From an uncultured virus (IMG/VR IMGVR_UViG_3300027704_000010) (Duplodnaviria > Heunggongvirae > Uroviricota > Caudoviricetes), in the IMG/VR virus record IMGVR_UViG_3300027704_000010: a stretch of DNA of 63,885 nt; one strand, given 5' to 3'. Below, in pieces: positions 39,444 to 47,861 of the stretch. The notes beneath the pieces were generated by a model, which saw only the letters and a list, made by a program, of their open reading frames with translations, searched no databases and was not told the DNA's origin. Within the stretch, counting starts at the first letter, position 1, and each line of letters begins with the position of its first letter. The position numbers and the translations under genes were made by a program.

Positions 39444-40584
39444 CATAACAGCAGTATTAGTACTGTTGCTTACACCAAATCTGAGTGCCGCTGAGAGCAT
39501 CGGCGGCATTATTGAACAAAGTGGAGCAACTGGAAGTATTGTAAGGTTGTCAGGCGAAGAACTGGCGGCTAATATTTTAGCCAATATTGTAAGTTATGAT
39601 GAAGTAGAAACAACAAATGGGAGACTAAAAATTGAGTTTCTCGACAAAACCCAGGTTAGTCTAACAGAACACACTTACATGGAAATAGACGAATATGTAT
39701 TCGACCCAGATCCAAGTAAAAGCAAGATGGCATTAAATTTTGTACAAGGAACAGCTAGGTTTGCCACGGGCAGTTTAGGTCTCGTAGCAAAAGAAAATAT
39801 AACAATCCTGACCCCTACCGCAAGTATAGGGATTAGAGGAACCGATTTTACTACCACAGTCGATGAACTGGGTAGGAGTCTAGTGATATTATTACCGGAC
39901 GAAGACTGTACTAATACAGTAGCATTAGAAGAAGGGTGTGCTCCAAGTGGTAGCATAACGGTAACAAATCAAGGCGGCACAGTAATATTAGATGAAGCCT
40001 ACCAGGCAGTAATGGTAAGCACATTTGAAACAAGCCCTACACAGCCTGTTGTGTTGGTTGATTTAGATTTAAATATGATAGATAATATGTTTATTGTAGC
40101 AGAACCAAAACAGATTACAGAAGCAAAAGAAGAACAAGTACAAGAATTAAAAGGCGACAACGGATTATTAGACTTTGATGGCTTAGATGCAAATGCAATT
40201 GAGCAAGATGTTTTAGCAGATACAACAGAAGATTTAGACTACACGGAATTGGATATAGATTTATTAAATGTAGACTTCCTAGTAGACTTATTAGACATTG
40301 TAGAAAAAACTACTAGTGGATTAGATGAAAAAGGCGGAGACTCAGGCAGTGGCGATAATAAATTAATAGGTGCTGTATACGGAACCAATCCTGGAAATCA
40401 ATTTAATATTATTCCAGACTTAGATGGCAAAGTATTTTTTCTCAGGCAAGTAAGCAATAAAATTAGTATTAAATTACGAAAAGGTTCTGTCGCACAGCTA
40501 GATATAAAAGACGGAGATTTAGGAGACACTATTATATGTTTAAGTAGTTGTGAAAACATATTAATAAGTATAACACAAGAATGA
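39412..40584 (+). CDS. secreted FecR-domain protein
   Basis: Signal peptide; DEVETTNGRLKIEFLDKTQVSL, GTARF, TPTASIGIRGTDF. Confidence 0.8.
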   Translation: MHQFLLNRLINITAVLVLLLTPNLSAAESIGGIIEQSGATGSIVRLSGEELAANILANIVSYDEVETTNGRLKIEFLDKTQVSLTEHTYMEIDEYVFDPDPSKSKMALNFVQGTARFATGSLGLVAKENITILTPTASIGIRGTDFTTTVDELGRSLVILLPDEDCTNTVALEEGCAPSGSITVTNQGGTVILDEAYQAVMVSTFETSPTQPVVLVDLDLNMIDNMFIVAEPKQITEAKEEQVQELKGDNGLLDFDGLDANAIEQDVLADTTEDLDYTELDIDLLNVDFLVDLLDIVEKTTSGLDEKGGDSGSGDNKLIGAVYGTNPGNQFNIIPDLDGKVFFLRQVSNKISIKLRKGSVAQLDIKDGDLGDTIICLSSCENILISITQE

Positions 40585-41522
40585 ATATAGAAAAAAAATT
40601 AAATGACATGAAGCCAAAAGATACTCCTCTGTTAGTATTAGGATATATCTTATTGGGTATGATGCTATTATTACCAGCAACAGCAAAAGCAGACAATGAA
40701 GTGGTGCTAGATCAGGAAGGTGATAATGTGGTTGTAGATATAATGCAAGCCGGCGCTATTAATAAAATAGATATAGTACTAGGATTGAATAATAATACTA
40801 ACAATACACTTAAAATAGGCCAAGGACACTCCGAGGGCGCCGAAAGTAACAACGTGTTTTTTAGTGTTGATGGCACCCACAACACTATGCAAATAGAACA
40901 GCATGGCAGTAATAACGAAGTTGGCTGGACTAATGCCTGGGGCACTGGTATTGGGTTTGGCGGCGACTTAGACGGAAATAGTAATCAGATATACTTCCAT
41001 CAAAATTGTACTCGTGGCGCAAGTTGTGGCAAATCAGATATAGGATTTCATATCAAAGGAAATTCTAATACAGTTCGATATGGTCAAGGAGTTTGGTTTG
41101 GTTCTGGCGGCAGTATATCGAGTACCACATTTTACGATGATGGCGACGAGGGCGGAAACCATACAGCAACGTTAGACATTCACGGTAACAATAATACTCT
41201 TGTTGGAATGCAAAGAAACGGTAGTCTTGATACTTATGATGGTCATACTGCAAATTTATACTTGTATGCAGATGACAACACACTTTATGTCAATCAACAA
41301 ACAGATGGAGCAAAGACATTAAATTATTCCTCTTACGTTGATGGTACCGTTGGTAGTATAACTCAACAAAGTAATGGTGCTCACACAGCCACAATAGTGT
41401 TGAACGGAACACAACCTAGTAATTTGACGCTATTACAAAGCTCGAATTCAGCAAAGTCATACTCACTTACTCAGACGTGCCACACAGTTGGCGGCTGTTC
41501 TATTTCAGTTACTCAAGATTAA
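40581..41522 (+). CDS. second curlin-repeat protein
   Basis: Signal peptide; mature N-terminus DNEVVLDQEGDN nearly identical to the first curlin; QAGAIN, QHGSNN repeats. Confidence 0.68.
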   Translation: MNIEKKLNDMKPKDTPLLVLGYILLGMMLLLPATAKADNEVVLDQEGDNVVVDIMQAGAINKIDIVLGLNNNTNNTLKIGQGHSEGAESNNVFFSVDGTHNTMQIEQHGSNNEVGWTNAWGTGIGFGGDLDGNSNQIYFHQNCTRGASCGKSDIGFHIKGNSNTVRYGQGVWFGSGGSISSTTFYDDGDEGGNHTATLDIHGNNNTLVGMQRNGSLDTYDGHTANLYLYADDNTLYVNQQTDGAKTLNYSSYVDGTVGSITQQSNGAHTATIVLNGTQPSNLTLLQSSNSAKSYSLTQTCHTVGGCSISVTQD

Positions 41523-41525
41523 TAC

Positions 41526-41554
41526 TTGACAAGTCGTTAAATAATTGCTATAAT
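41526..41554 (+). promoter_or_regulatory. sigma70 early promoter
   Basis: TTGACA-17 nt-TATAAT. Confidence 0.8.
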
Positions 41555-41561
41555 TAACGCT

Positions 41562-41762
41562 ATGAGACACATGATCAAGTGGTTGAAGATATCAGCTGGT
41601 ATAAACATATACCTTAGCTTCATACTAACATTAGTATTAGTAGCACTTATGGTGGATATCGGTTTAGATAGTTATTGGCATGGCGCAGACTTCAAAAACA
41701 GTATTATAGAAGAACTGCACAAAGCACAGAATAATCAACTAGATGAAAACCACACAGGCTAA
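41562..41762 (+). CDS. small membrane protein
   Basis: One TM helix; directly after the promoter (near-leaderless). Confidence 0.6.
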   Translation: MRHMIKWLKISAGINIYLSFILTLVLVALMVDIGLDSYWHGADFKNSIIEELHKAQNNQLDENHTG

Positions 41763-42081
41763 ACTCGCCACTGCGATTTCTAAATATAAGAAATCTACAC
41801 AGTTATTACTCACGATTGTAGCAATTCCACATTTAGTTATAATCTCTTTGATGTTCCCTATGCTAACAGTAACCATTATGGCAACATTTATGCTGACTGG
41901 ATTAATGTATGCTTGGTGTGAACTGATATACCAAATAGAAAATTCCCAAAGAAGTCAATTAATGTTCCTCATACAAACAACCACAAACGAACACACTAGA
42001 CAAATACTGCGTATGGAACTTTGGGAAATTGAAAAACACAACGGACTTTCAGGCACGTTTGACCCATACCACATCATTTAA
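41743..42081 (+). CDS. membrane protein (2 TM)
   Basis: Hydrophobic 45-aa stretch; overlaps previous ORF. Confidence 0.6.
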   Translation: MKTTQAKLATAISKYKKSTQLLLTIVAIPHLVIISLMFPMLTVTIMATFMLTGLMYAWCELIYQIENSQRSQLMFLIQTTTNEHTRQILRMELWEIEKHNGLSGTFDPYHII

Positions 42082-42143
42082 TTAGATAAATACTATATGT
42101 AATAATAGCAGATGGCTTTATTACCTTATATAAGGAGACGGAT

Positions 42144-42422
42144 ATGAATAATTTAGTATCTTTTTTCGGTTTAATTCTTTTATCAAGCATCGTAGGATGT
42201 GCCTCAGTTAGTGGCGCCTGGAATGCTGGTACAGAGATTGTCACAGGAACAGTTGACTCTGTTGTGGGCGGAGCCGCCACAATGGCAGTAGCGATTACTG
42301 ATGATGTTCGAAACATTGCAGACGTAACTATTGACACAGCACAAGGTGTTGTTAAAACAGTTGCAGAAAATGTTGATAAACAAACTGATGAATTACAAAA
42401 AGACAAAGAGCCGGGAAAGTAG
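42144..42422 (+). CDS. lipoprotein with a -1 frameshift extension to 42547
   Basis: AAGGAG RBS; lipobox IVGC; ends CCG GGA AAG TAG (GGGAAAG heptamer). Confidence 0.75.
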   Translation: MNNLVSFFGLILLSSIVGCASVSGAWNAGTEIVTGTVDSVVGGAATMAVAITDDVRNIADVTIDTAQGVVKTVAENVDKQTDELQKDKEPGK

Positions 42423-42592
42423 GTAACTTTTCTCTTTTCAGAAAAGAAAAGGAAAAGCAACTCACAGCACAGGAATTAGTCTTACTTTTCAAACAGAACC
42501 AAGAGAAGTTAGAAAAATACTGTACAACTAACCCAAAGGAATGTTAGCAATAATCGATAGATAGACGATTAGATGCGATAAATGTTAGCACT

Positions 42593-42617
42593 AAAGCACT
42601 CGCAAGAGTGCTTTTTT
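42593..42617 (+). terminator. Rho-independent terminator
   Basis: AAAGCACTC-GCAA-GAGTGCTTTTTT. Confidence 0.85.
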
Positions 42618-42725
42618 GTTTTTTAAACGATAAATACTTGTACATAATAACACAGGGTTTACTTATTACACAACACACCCACACATAACTGTCCCACTAA
42701 AACACAGTACCCTAAAGGAGAAAAA

Positions 42726-44177
42726 ATGAAGATAAGAATCTTATCAGCATTAGCCTTGATTGGGTTAATGACGACAACTGGTACAGTACAGGCCCAGGCC
42801 ACCGGCACATGTACAGCAGGTACCCAGTATTGTGAAGCAAGTACATCGGATACTACAAGTACAACCACAACTACTGCGAATAATACGAATACTTCGACGA
42901 ACACGAATACTTCGACGAACACGAATACCAACGCGAATACGAACACGAATACCAACGCGAACACAAACACGAATACTTCGACGAATACGAATAATTCGAC
43001 GAATACGAATAATTCGACAAATACAAACACCAACGCGAATACGAACACGAACACCAACGCGAATACGAACACCAACACGAACACCAACGCGAATACGAAC
43101 ACGAACACGAATACCAATACCAACAATAATACCAACAATAATACCAACGCGAATACGAACACGAATAATTCGACCAATACTAACAATTCGACCAACAGCA
43201 ACACCAATAATAATACGTCGACAAATAATAACACCAACGCGAACACGAACACGAATAATAATACATCGACTAGTACCAACAACAATGTGTCGAGTGGTGG
43301 AACAAATAACACCAATGCTAATACGAATAATAATACCAACACCAACAATAGCACTTCGAACAATACCAACACCAATAATAACACTAGTGATAGCACGGTA
43401 AACAGTACTTCGAATAACACTAATACGAACAATAGTAATATTGATCAGAACGTGAATTCAAATAGTACTAGTAACAATACCAACACCAATAATAACAATA
43501 ACAACTCGACCAGTGATAATACTAATAACAATAATAATACATCGACTAGTGACAGTAATGTAACAACTGACAACACGTCAGAAAGTAACAATACCAACAC
43601 CAATAATAATACTAATAAAAACGAAAACATCAACAAGACTGACCAGACTATTAAGCAAGAGATAACAACTAAGGCTCCACCTGCTAGTGCTATTGCACCA
43701 AGCATTGGTTCTAGTTACTCACAAGACTTATGTACAACTGGTATATCAGGTGCTTTCCAAGGACAAGTATTTGGACTAAGTGGCGGTAAATCAGTTAGAG
43801 ATATGAACTGTGAACGTATAAAGTTAAGTAAAACTATATACGATATGGGCATGAAGGTTGCGGCAGTTAGTTTAATGTGTCAAGACGAACGTGTATTTAC
43901 AGCGATGGAAATGGCTGGAACACCTTGTCCTTACATGGGAGCAATTGGCGATGCGGCTACTAAGCAATGGGCAGAGAATAGCGATGAACGAGCAGATGCT
44001 AAACGTGGATGGTTCGGCAGAAAGAAAAACACAAGGTCATCGGCTAAAGTAGACTCGAATGTACTTAACACAGGCGAAGACTTTGATAAGTTCATGAAAA
44101 AATGTCGTAAGAAAACAGGCAAAGGCAAGAAGAAAAGTTCGGGCCAATGTGAGGCAGAATGGGAATCAAACGCTTAA
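42726..44177 (+). CDS. secreted Asn/Thr low-complexity protein with Cys-containing C-terminal domain
   Basis: Signal peptide (VQAQA), ~250 aa of NT/NS repeats, then APPASAIAP..DLC..DMNCERIK..MCQD..TPCP. Confidence 0.8.
   Translation: MKIRILSALALIGLMTTTGTVQAQATGTCTAGTQYCEASTSDTTSTTTTTANNTNTSTNTNTSTNTNTNANTNTNTNANTNTNTSTNTNNSTNTNNSTNTNTNANTNTNTNANTNTNTNTNANTNTNTNTNTNNNTNNNTNANTNTNNSTNTNNSTNSNTNNNTSTNNNTNANTNTNNNTSTSTNNNVSSGGTNNTNANTNNNTNTNNSTSNNTNTNNNTSDSTVNSTSNNTNTNNSNIDQNVNSNSTSNNTNTNNNNNNSTSDNTNNNNNTSTSDSNVTTDNTSESNNTNTNNNTNKNENINKTDQTIKQEITTKAPPASAIAPSIGSSYSQDLCTTGISGAFQGQVFGLSGGKSVRDMNCERIKLSKTIYDMGMKVAAVSLMCQDERVFTAMEMAGTPCPYMGAIGDAATKQWAENSDERADAKRGWFGRKKNTRSSAKVDSNVLNTGEDFDKFMKKCRKKTGKGKKKSSGQCEAEWESNA
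42878..43620 (+). repeat. degenerate (AAT/AAC-ACG/ACC)n coding repeat
   Basis: Recurrent AATACGAAC, ACCAACGCG and TCGACG units. Confidence 0.85.
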
Positions 44178-47100
44178 TAACAGCACTTGCTGTAGGCGTA
44201 CTAACTTTATTTCCTACAGTATCTGAAGCCGACGGAGGATACACGACTGATAATACTGGCTATCCTTTAGTAAATCTTGTTGGCGACTATTATCAGGGTG
44301 GCAACAGCAACGGTTCAATACTATGTCAAGGCGCCGCAGATGAAACAGGTTGTAATATAGCATTTGCTATTGGCTTTGATTTTGACTGGCATGGCGAAAC
44401 ATTCACTCACGGCTTAATGAGTACTAATGGTTGTTTAAAACTGTTGAAGTCAAGTGCGTTTAGCAGTAGTGATTACTGTAGTTATGATGTAAAGCATCTA
44501 AGTGCCTCTTCAGGAATGAACGATACACTATTCCCTTTCTGGAGTGACTTAGACTTAGGCACAATATACGATACCCAAGCACCGGTTAATAGCACAATGC
44601 TCTTTAATAACTCGGGCAACTTTGCTACATTTGGCTGGTACTATATGCGTGAGTATGGCGTAACAGCAGATACGGATAAATTTGATCCAATGTATCCAAA
44701 CGCACATAATACGTTTGAGGTGGTGCTTTTAAATCAAAACTGTACAGATTGCCCAGGCAACACAGATGACGAAAACGATGACTATGCTTACATATACGGT
44801 AACTTAGAAATTAGTCACAGTAATGTTTTAATTGGAGAAAAGAAAAACTCGAACTCCTTTACTGAAGCATACTTTTTTAGTGATAATAGTTGGTGTGCAG
44901 ATTGTATAAACCCAAATGACGGCACTCAAGGACGACACCTTTTTATATGGGACGACTATGACCAAGGAAACGTAGAAGGCGGAGCAATATACAAAGACGG
45001 TAATGGCGTACAGCCTGCAGAGTGTGAGAATAATCCTCTTTTTAGCACATCATGTAGTTTATATAGTATAAGTTTCTTAGCACAACAATGCCTCTCCGAT
45101 AGTTCATATAGTCCAGACTGTGACGGATACTTTGGTGACTTAGAAGACACATATTTAGAAGAAAATGCATGTTACGAAGATCCGAGCTTACCACAATGTG
45201 CCGGATTAGGTATTTTTGAAACTTTCAGTGATTATGATTATGCTACAGGAGAAGCGTATGACTTTAATTATAACCCACAAGAATTTGGCAACATGGACGG
45301 CTATGATCCTAACACAGGATTAGTTACGCAAAGTGATGGTTCGACAATTAGTATAGATGGCTCTTATTATTCCGATGGATATGATCCTAATGTGGATTAT
45401 GATAGCATGAATAATACGTCCGGCGATAACTTTTATTTGAATGAAGATGGCATATATGTTCCTGACCAATACGACCCAATGCAAGATGACGATATAAAGT
45501 TTGAATATTTAAGTGAAGAACAACAGATGTTAGTTGGTCAAGGTTTAAGTATGCAGGAAGCCACACTAATTACAATGGGCCAAGGTGACCTACTAGCATT
45601 AGGACATGATCCTAACATACAATTTCAAGGTAACAACCCAGGCGACTTAGTTTATGAAATTATAGGACAAGACGATTACAACTATGAAATGCATGACGAG
45701 TTTATGTTGAATGAAGCAGAAGAAAACGGCTGGGTAGATGGATATACAAGCAGTGATATATGGAGTACAGAAGAATACCAGCAACAAGAAGATATGTGGG
45801 AAGCAGAGTTTGAAGCAGAGTTTGGACCAGACGCATACAGCTGGACATCAAAAGATTGGTATGAATACGATCTAAAAGAATTTGGACAAGATCAAGTAGA
45901 TGAGTGGTACGGCAAAGAAGTAGTATTTGACGAGAGTGGAGAGATGGATTGGGAATCATTTGACATGCTAATGGATGAAGAATACGCTTATGAAGTGTAT
46001 GAAGTTTATTCAGACGAAGAAGAACTGATGTACGAAGAAATGATAGCAAAGGATTTTGAAAAATGTCCTACATGTGAGCTTGAAGAATTTTTTGACTTAT
46101 CGGAAGATGAACTAATAGCATTTGAAAACGAAAGAATGTATGAGGAAGAGGCATACTTTGACCTTGATCCAGAAGAGGCATTCGAAGCCTTTATCAAAGA
46201 AGAAGGATTGGAGGACATATTAAGTGCAGACGAATTAGACGACTTTAGAAATGAAGTGTATGCTGACATAGAACTGCATGAAGAACAGCATGAAGAACAA
46301 TTTCAAGAAGGCCCAGGCGATTATCAAGTAGCAGAATCTACTACACCCAAGGCACAAGAACAACGACAAGAACAACGACAAGAACAACAAAAAACAGACA
46401 CCCAGTTTCTTAGTAATGCTGGTTCAGGTGTAATGAGTGTTAGTGTAGCACAATTTAATTTAGACTTTAACAGTAGCGACGGTGGTAGTACACAGGAAGT
46501 TGTTGAAGAACTTATTGCTGATATTATTGATGACGGCTCAGGTAGTATTGATGACGGCTCAGGTAGTTTCGACGATGGATCAGGCAGTAGCAATAGCAGT
46601 GGTAATGACGGCAGTGGTAGTTATGCTCAAAGCAATGACGGTTCAAGCCAGTCACAAAATTCAAATGGTAGCCAGGACAGCGGACAAGGAATGTTAGCAC
46701 AAGAAGATACAAGTGGTGATAGTTTCTTCCAAGAACAAATAGAGCAAAGCATGGGACAAGAAAGTTTCAGTGCTACAACAAGTGTAACAGAATCATTTGA
46801 TACTGGTGCATTTACAGTTGCTGAAAGTTCAGCTGATGCCCAAACAGTACAACAAGAAGAAACACTACAGTTTGTAGAAAACTTCGATGACGGTACAAGT
46901 GGCATAAGTGGAGCAGACATACAGTTTGAAGATGAACTAACCACAGCATTAAGTAGTGGCACAGGCTTAACAGAATTCCTAAGCCAAGCACCGGCAGATT
47001 ACAGTAGGTTTGAAGTTGAAGCACCTACGTTCCAAGAGCAACGACAATCAGACGCAGTAGAAAGTTTAGCAGATACAATGGGAGCAACAGTTGCCGCCGC

Positions 47101-47383
47101 AAACTTACAAGCAGAATTAGACACAATACAAGCAGGTAATGAGGACTCCAATGAATATGGCGACCAAACTATTGCTGTTGCTTATATTGGTTATACAGCA
47201 GGCTTTAGTGAGTACACTAGCCAAATACAATTAGCAGACCAACAAGCATGGTATGGTAGTTCGCAAGTGTACAAAGGACAAAAGAATGTTGATAACGTAC
47301 AGAGTTTTTACATGATGGCTGGAAATACTCAAGAGAAACTAAAAGAAATGATATACAGCCAATATAAATTAAAAGAAAAATAG
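44159..47383 (+). CDS. large secreted acidic protein (nidogen/NIDO-like N-terminus, Cys motifs)
   Basis: Signal peptide; IGFDFDWHGETF..MSTNG and LFPFWSDL; C..(N/D)P....C motifs; Asp/Glu-rich middle. Confidence 0.65.
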   Translation: MGIKRLITALAVGVLTLFPTVSEADGGYTTDNTGYPLVNLVGDYYQGGNSNGSILCQGAADETGCNIAFAIGFDFDWHGETFTHGLMSTNGCLKLLKSSAFSSSDYCSYDVKHLSASSGMNDTLFPFWSDLDLGTIYDTQAPVNSTMLFNNSGNFATFGWYYMREYGVTADTDKFDPMYPNAHNTFEVVLLNQNCTDCPGNTDDENDDYAYIYGNLEISHSNVLIGEKKNSNSFTEAYFFSDNSWCADCINPNDGTQGRHLFIWDDYDQGNVEGGAIYKDGNGVQPAECENNPLFSTSCSLYSISFLAQQCLSDSSYSPDCDGYFGDLEDTYLEENACYEDPSLPQCAGLGIFETFSDYDYATGEAYDFNYNPQEFGNMDGYDPNTGLVTQSDGSTISIDGSYYSDGYDPNVDYDSMNNTSGDNFYLNEDGIYVPDQYDPMQDDDIKFEYLSEEQQMLVGQGLSMQEATLITMGQGDLLALGHDPNIQFQGNNPGDLVYEIIGQDDYNYEMHDEFMLNEAEENGWVDGYTSSDIWSTEEYQQQEDMWEAEFEAEFGPDAYSWTSKDWYEYDLKEFGQDQVDEWYGKEVVFDESGEMDWESFDMLMDEEYAYEVYEVYSDEEELMYEEMIAKDFEKCPTCELEEFFDLSEDELIAFENERMYEEEAYFDLDPEEAFEAFIKEEGLEDILSADELDDFRNEVYADIELHEEQHEEQFQEGPGDYQVAESTTPKAQEQRQEQRQEQQKTDTQFLSNAGSGVMSVSVAQFNLDFNSSDGGSTQEVVEELIADIIDDGSGSIDDGSGSFDDGSGSSNSSGNDGSGSYAQSNDGSSQSQNSNGSQDSGQGMLAQEDTSGDSFFQEQIEQSMGQESFSATTSVTESFDTGAFTVAESSADAQTVQQEETLQFVENFDDGTSGISGADIQFEDELTTALSSGTGLTEFLSQAPADYSRFEVEAPTFQEQRQSDAVESLADTMGATVAAANLQAELDTIQAGNEDSNEYGDQTIAVAYIGYTAGFSEYTSQIQLADQQAWYGSSQVYKGQKNVDNVQSFYMMAGNTQEKLKEMIYSQYKLKEK

Positions 47384-47393
47384 GAGAAATAAA

Positions 47394-47846
47394 ATGGCAG
47401 AAGTAGAATATGCAGGTGTAAAAATGAGTGGTTCAAAACTTATGATTATGCTTCCTTTACTTGGTACTATAATCGGTGGACTATGGGGAGGCTTTGAACT
47501 CTACAGTAGACTACTTGAAGCAGAAGAAACATTAGCAAACTTACAACCAGAAGCAATTCAGACTGAACTAGTAAGACTAACTGAACTTACTGAAGTTATT
47601 AAAACGGATTTGAGAGCAGATATTAATTCAGCTAGAGACGAAGTTAAAGTAGCAATGGACTTATCAAGGGAAACTGAAAAAACATCAGCTGACACACAAA
47701 GAGAAATTAGAAATGATGTGTATGCTATGGAACGTGATATGAATACACGTTTTAAAGAGATGGATGCAGAAACTAGAGAGTTAAGAAAAGAGCTGGAAGA
47801 CAAGATAATGACTATACTTGAAAATCCACTCAACGACACTGAATAA
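47394..47846 (+). CDS. membrane-anchored coiled-coil protein
   Basis: TM LPLLGTIIGGLWGGF then heptads; AGGAG RBS. Confidence 0.7.
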   Translation: MAEVEYAGVKMSGSKLMIMLPLLGTIIGGLWGGFELYSRLLEAEETLANLQPEAIQTELVRLTELTEVIKTDLRADINSARDEVKVAMDLSRETEKTSADTQREIRNDVYAMERDMNTRFKEMDAETRELRKELEDKIMTILENPLNDTE

Positions 47847-47861
47847 CAGCTAAATACTGTT

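Noticed and set aside
42659..43705. Long Val/Leu/Phe and Arg/Ile/Thr ORFs (257, 189, 86 aa)
   Set aside because: Shadow frames of the Asn/Thr repeat gene, which has the RBS and signal peptide
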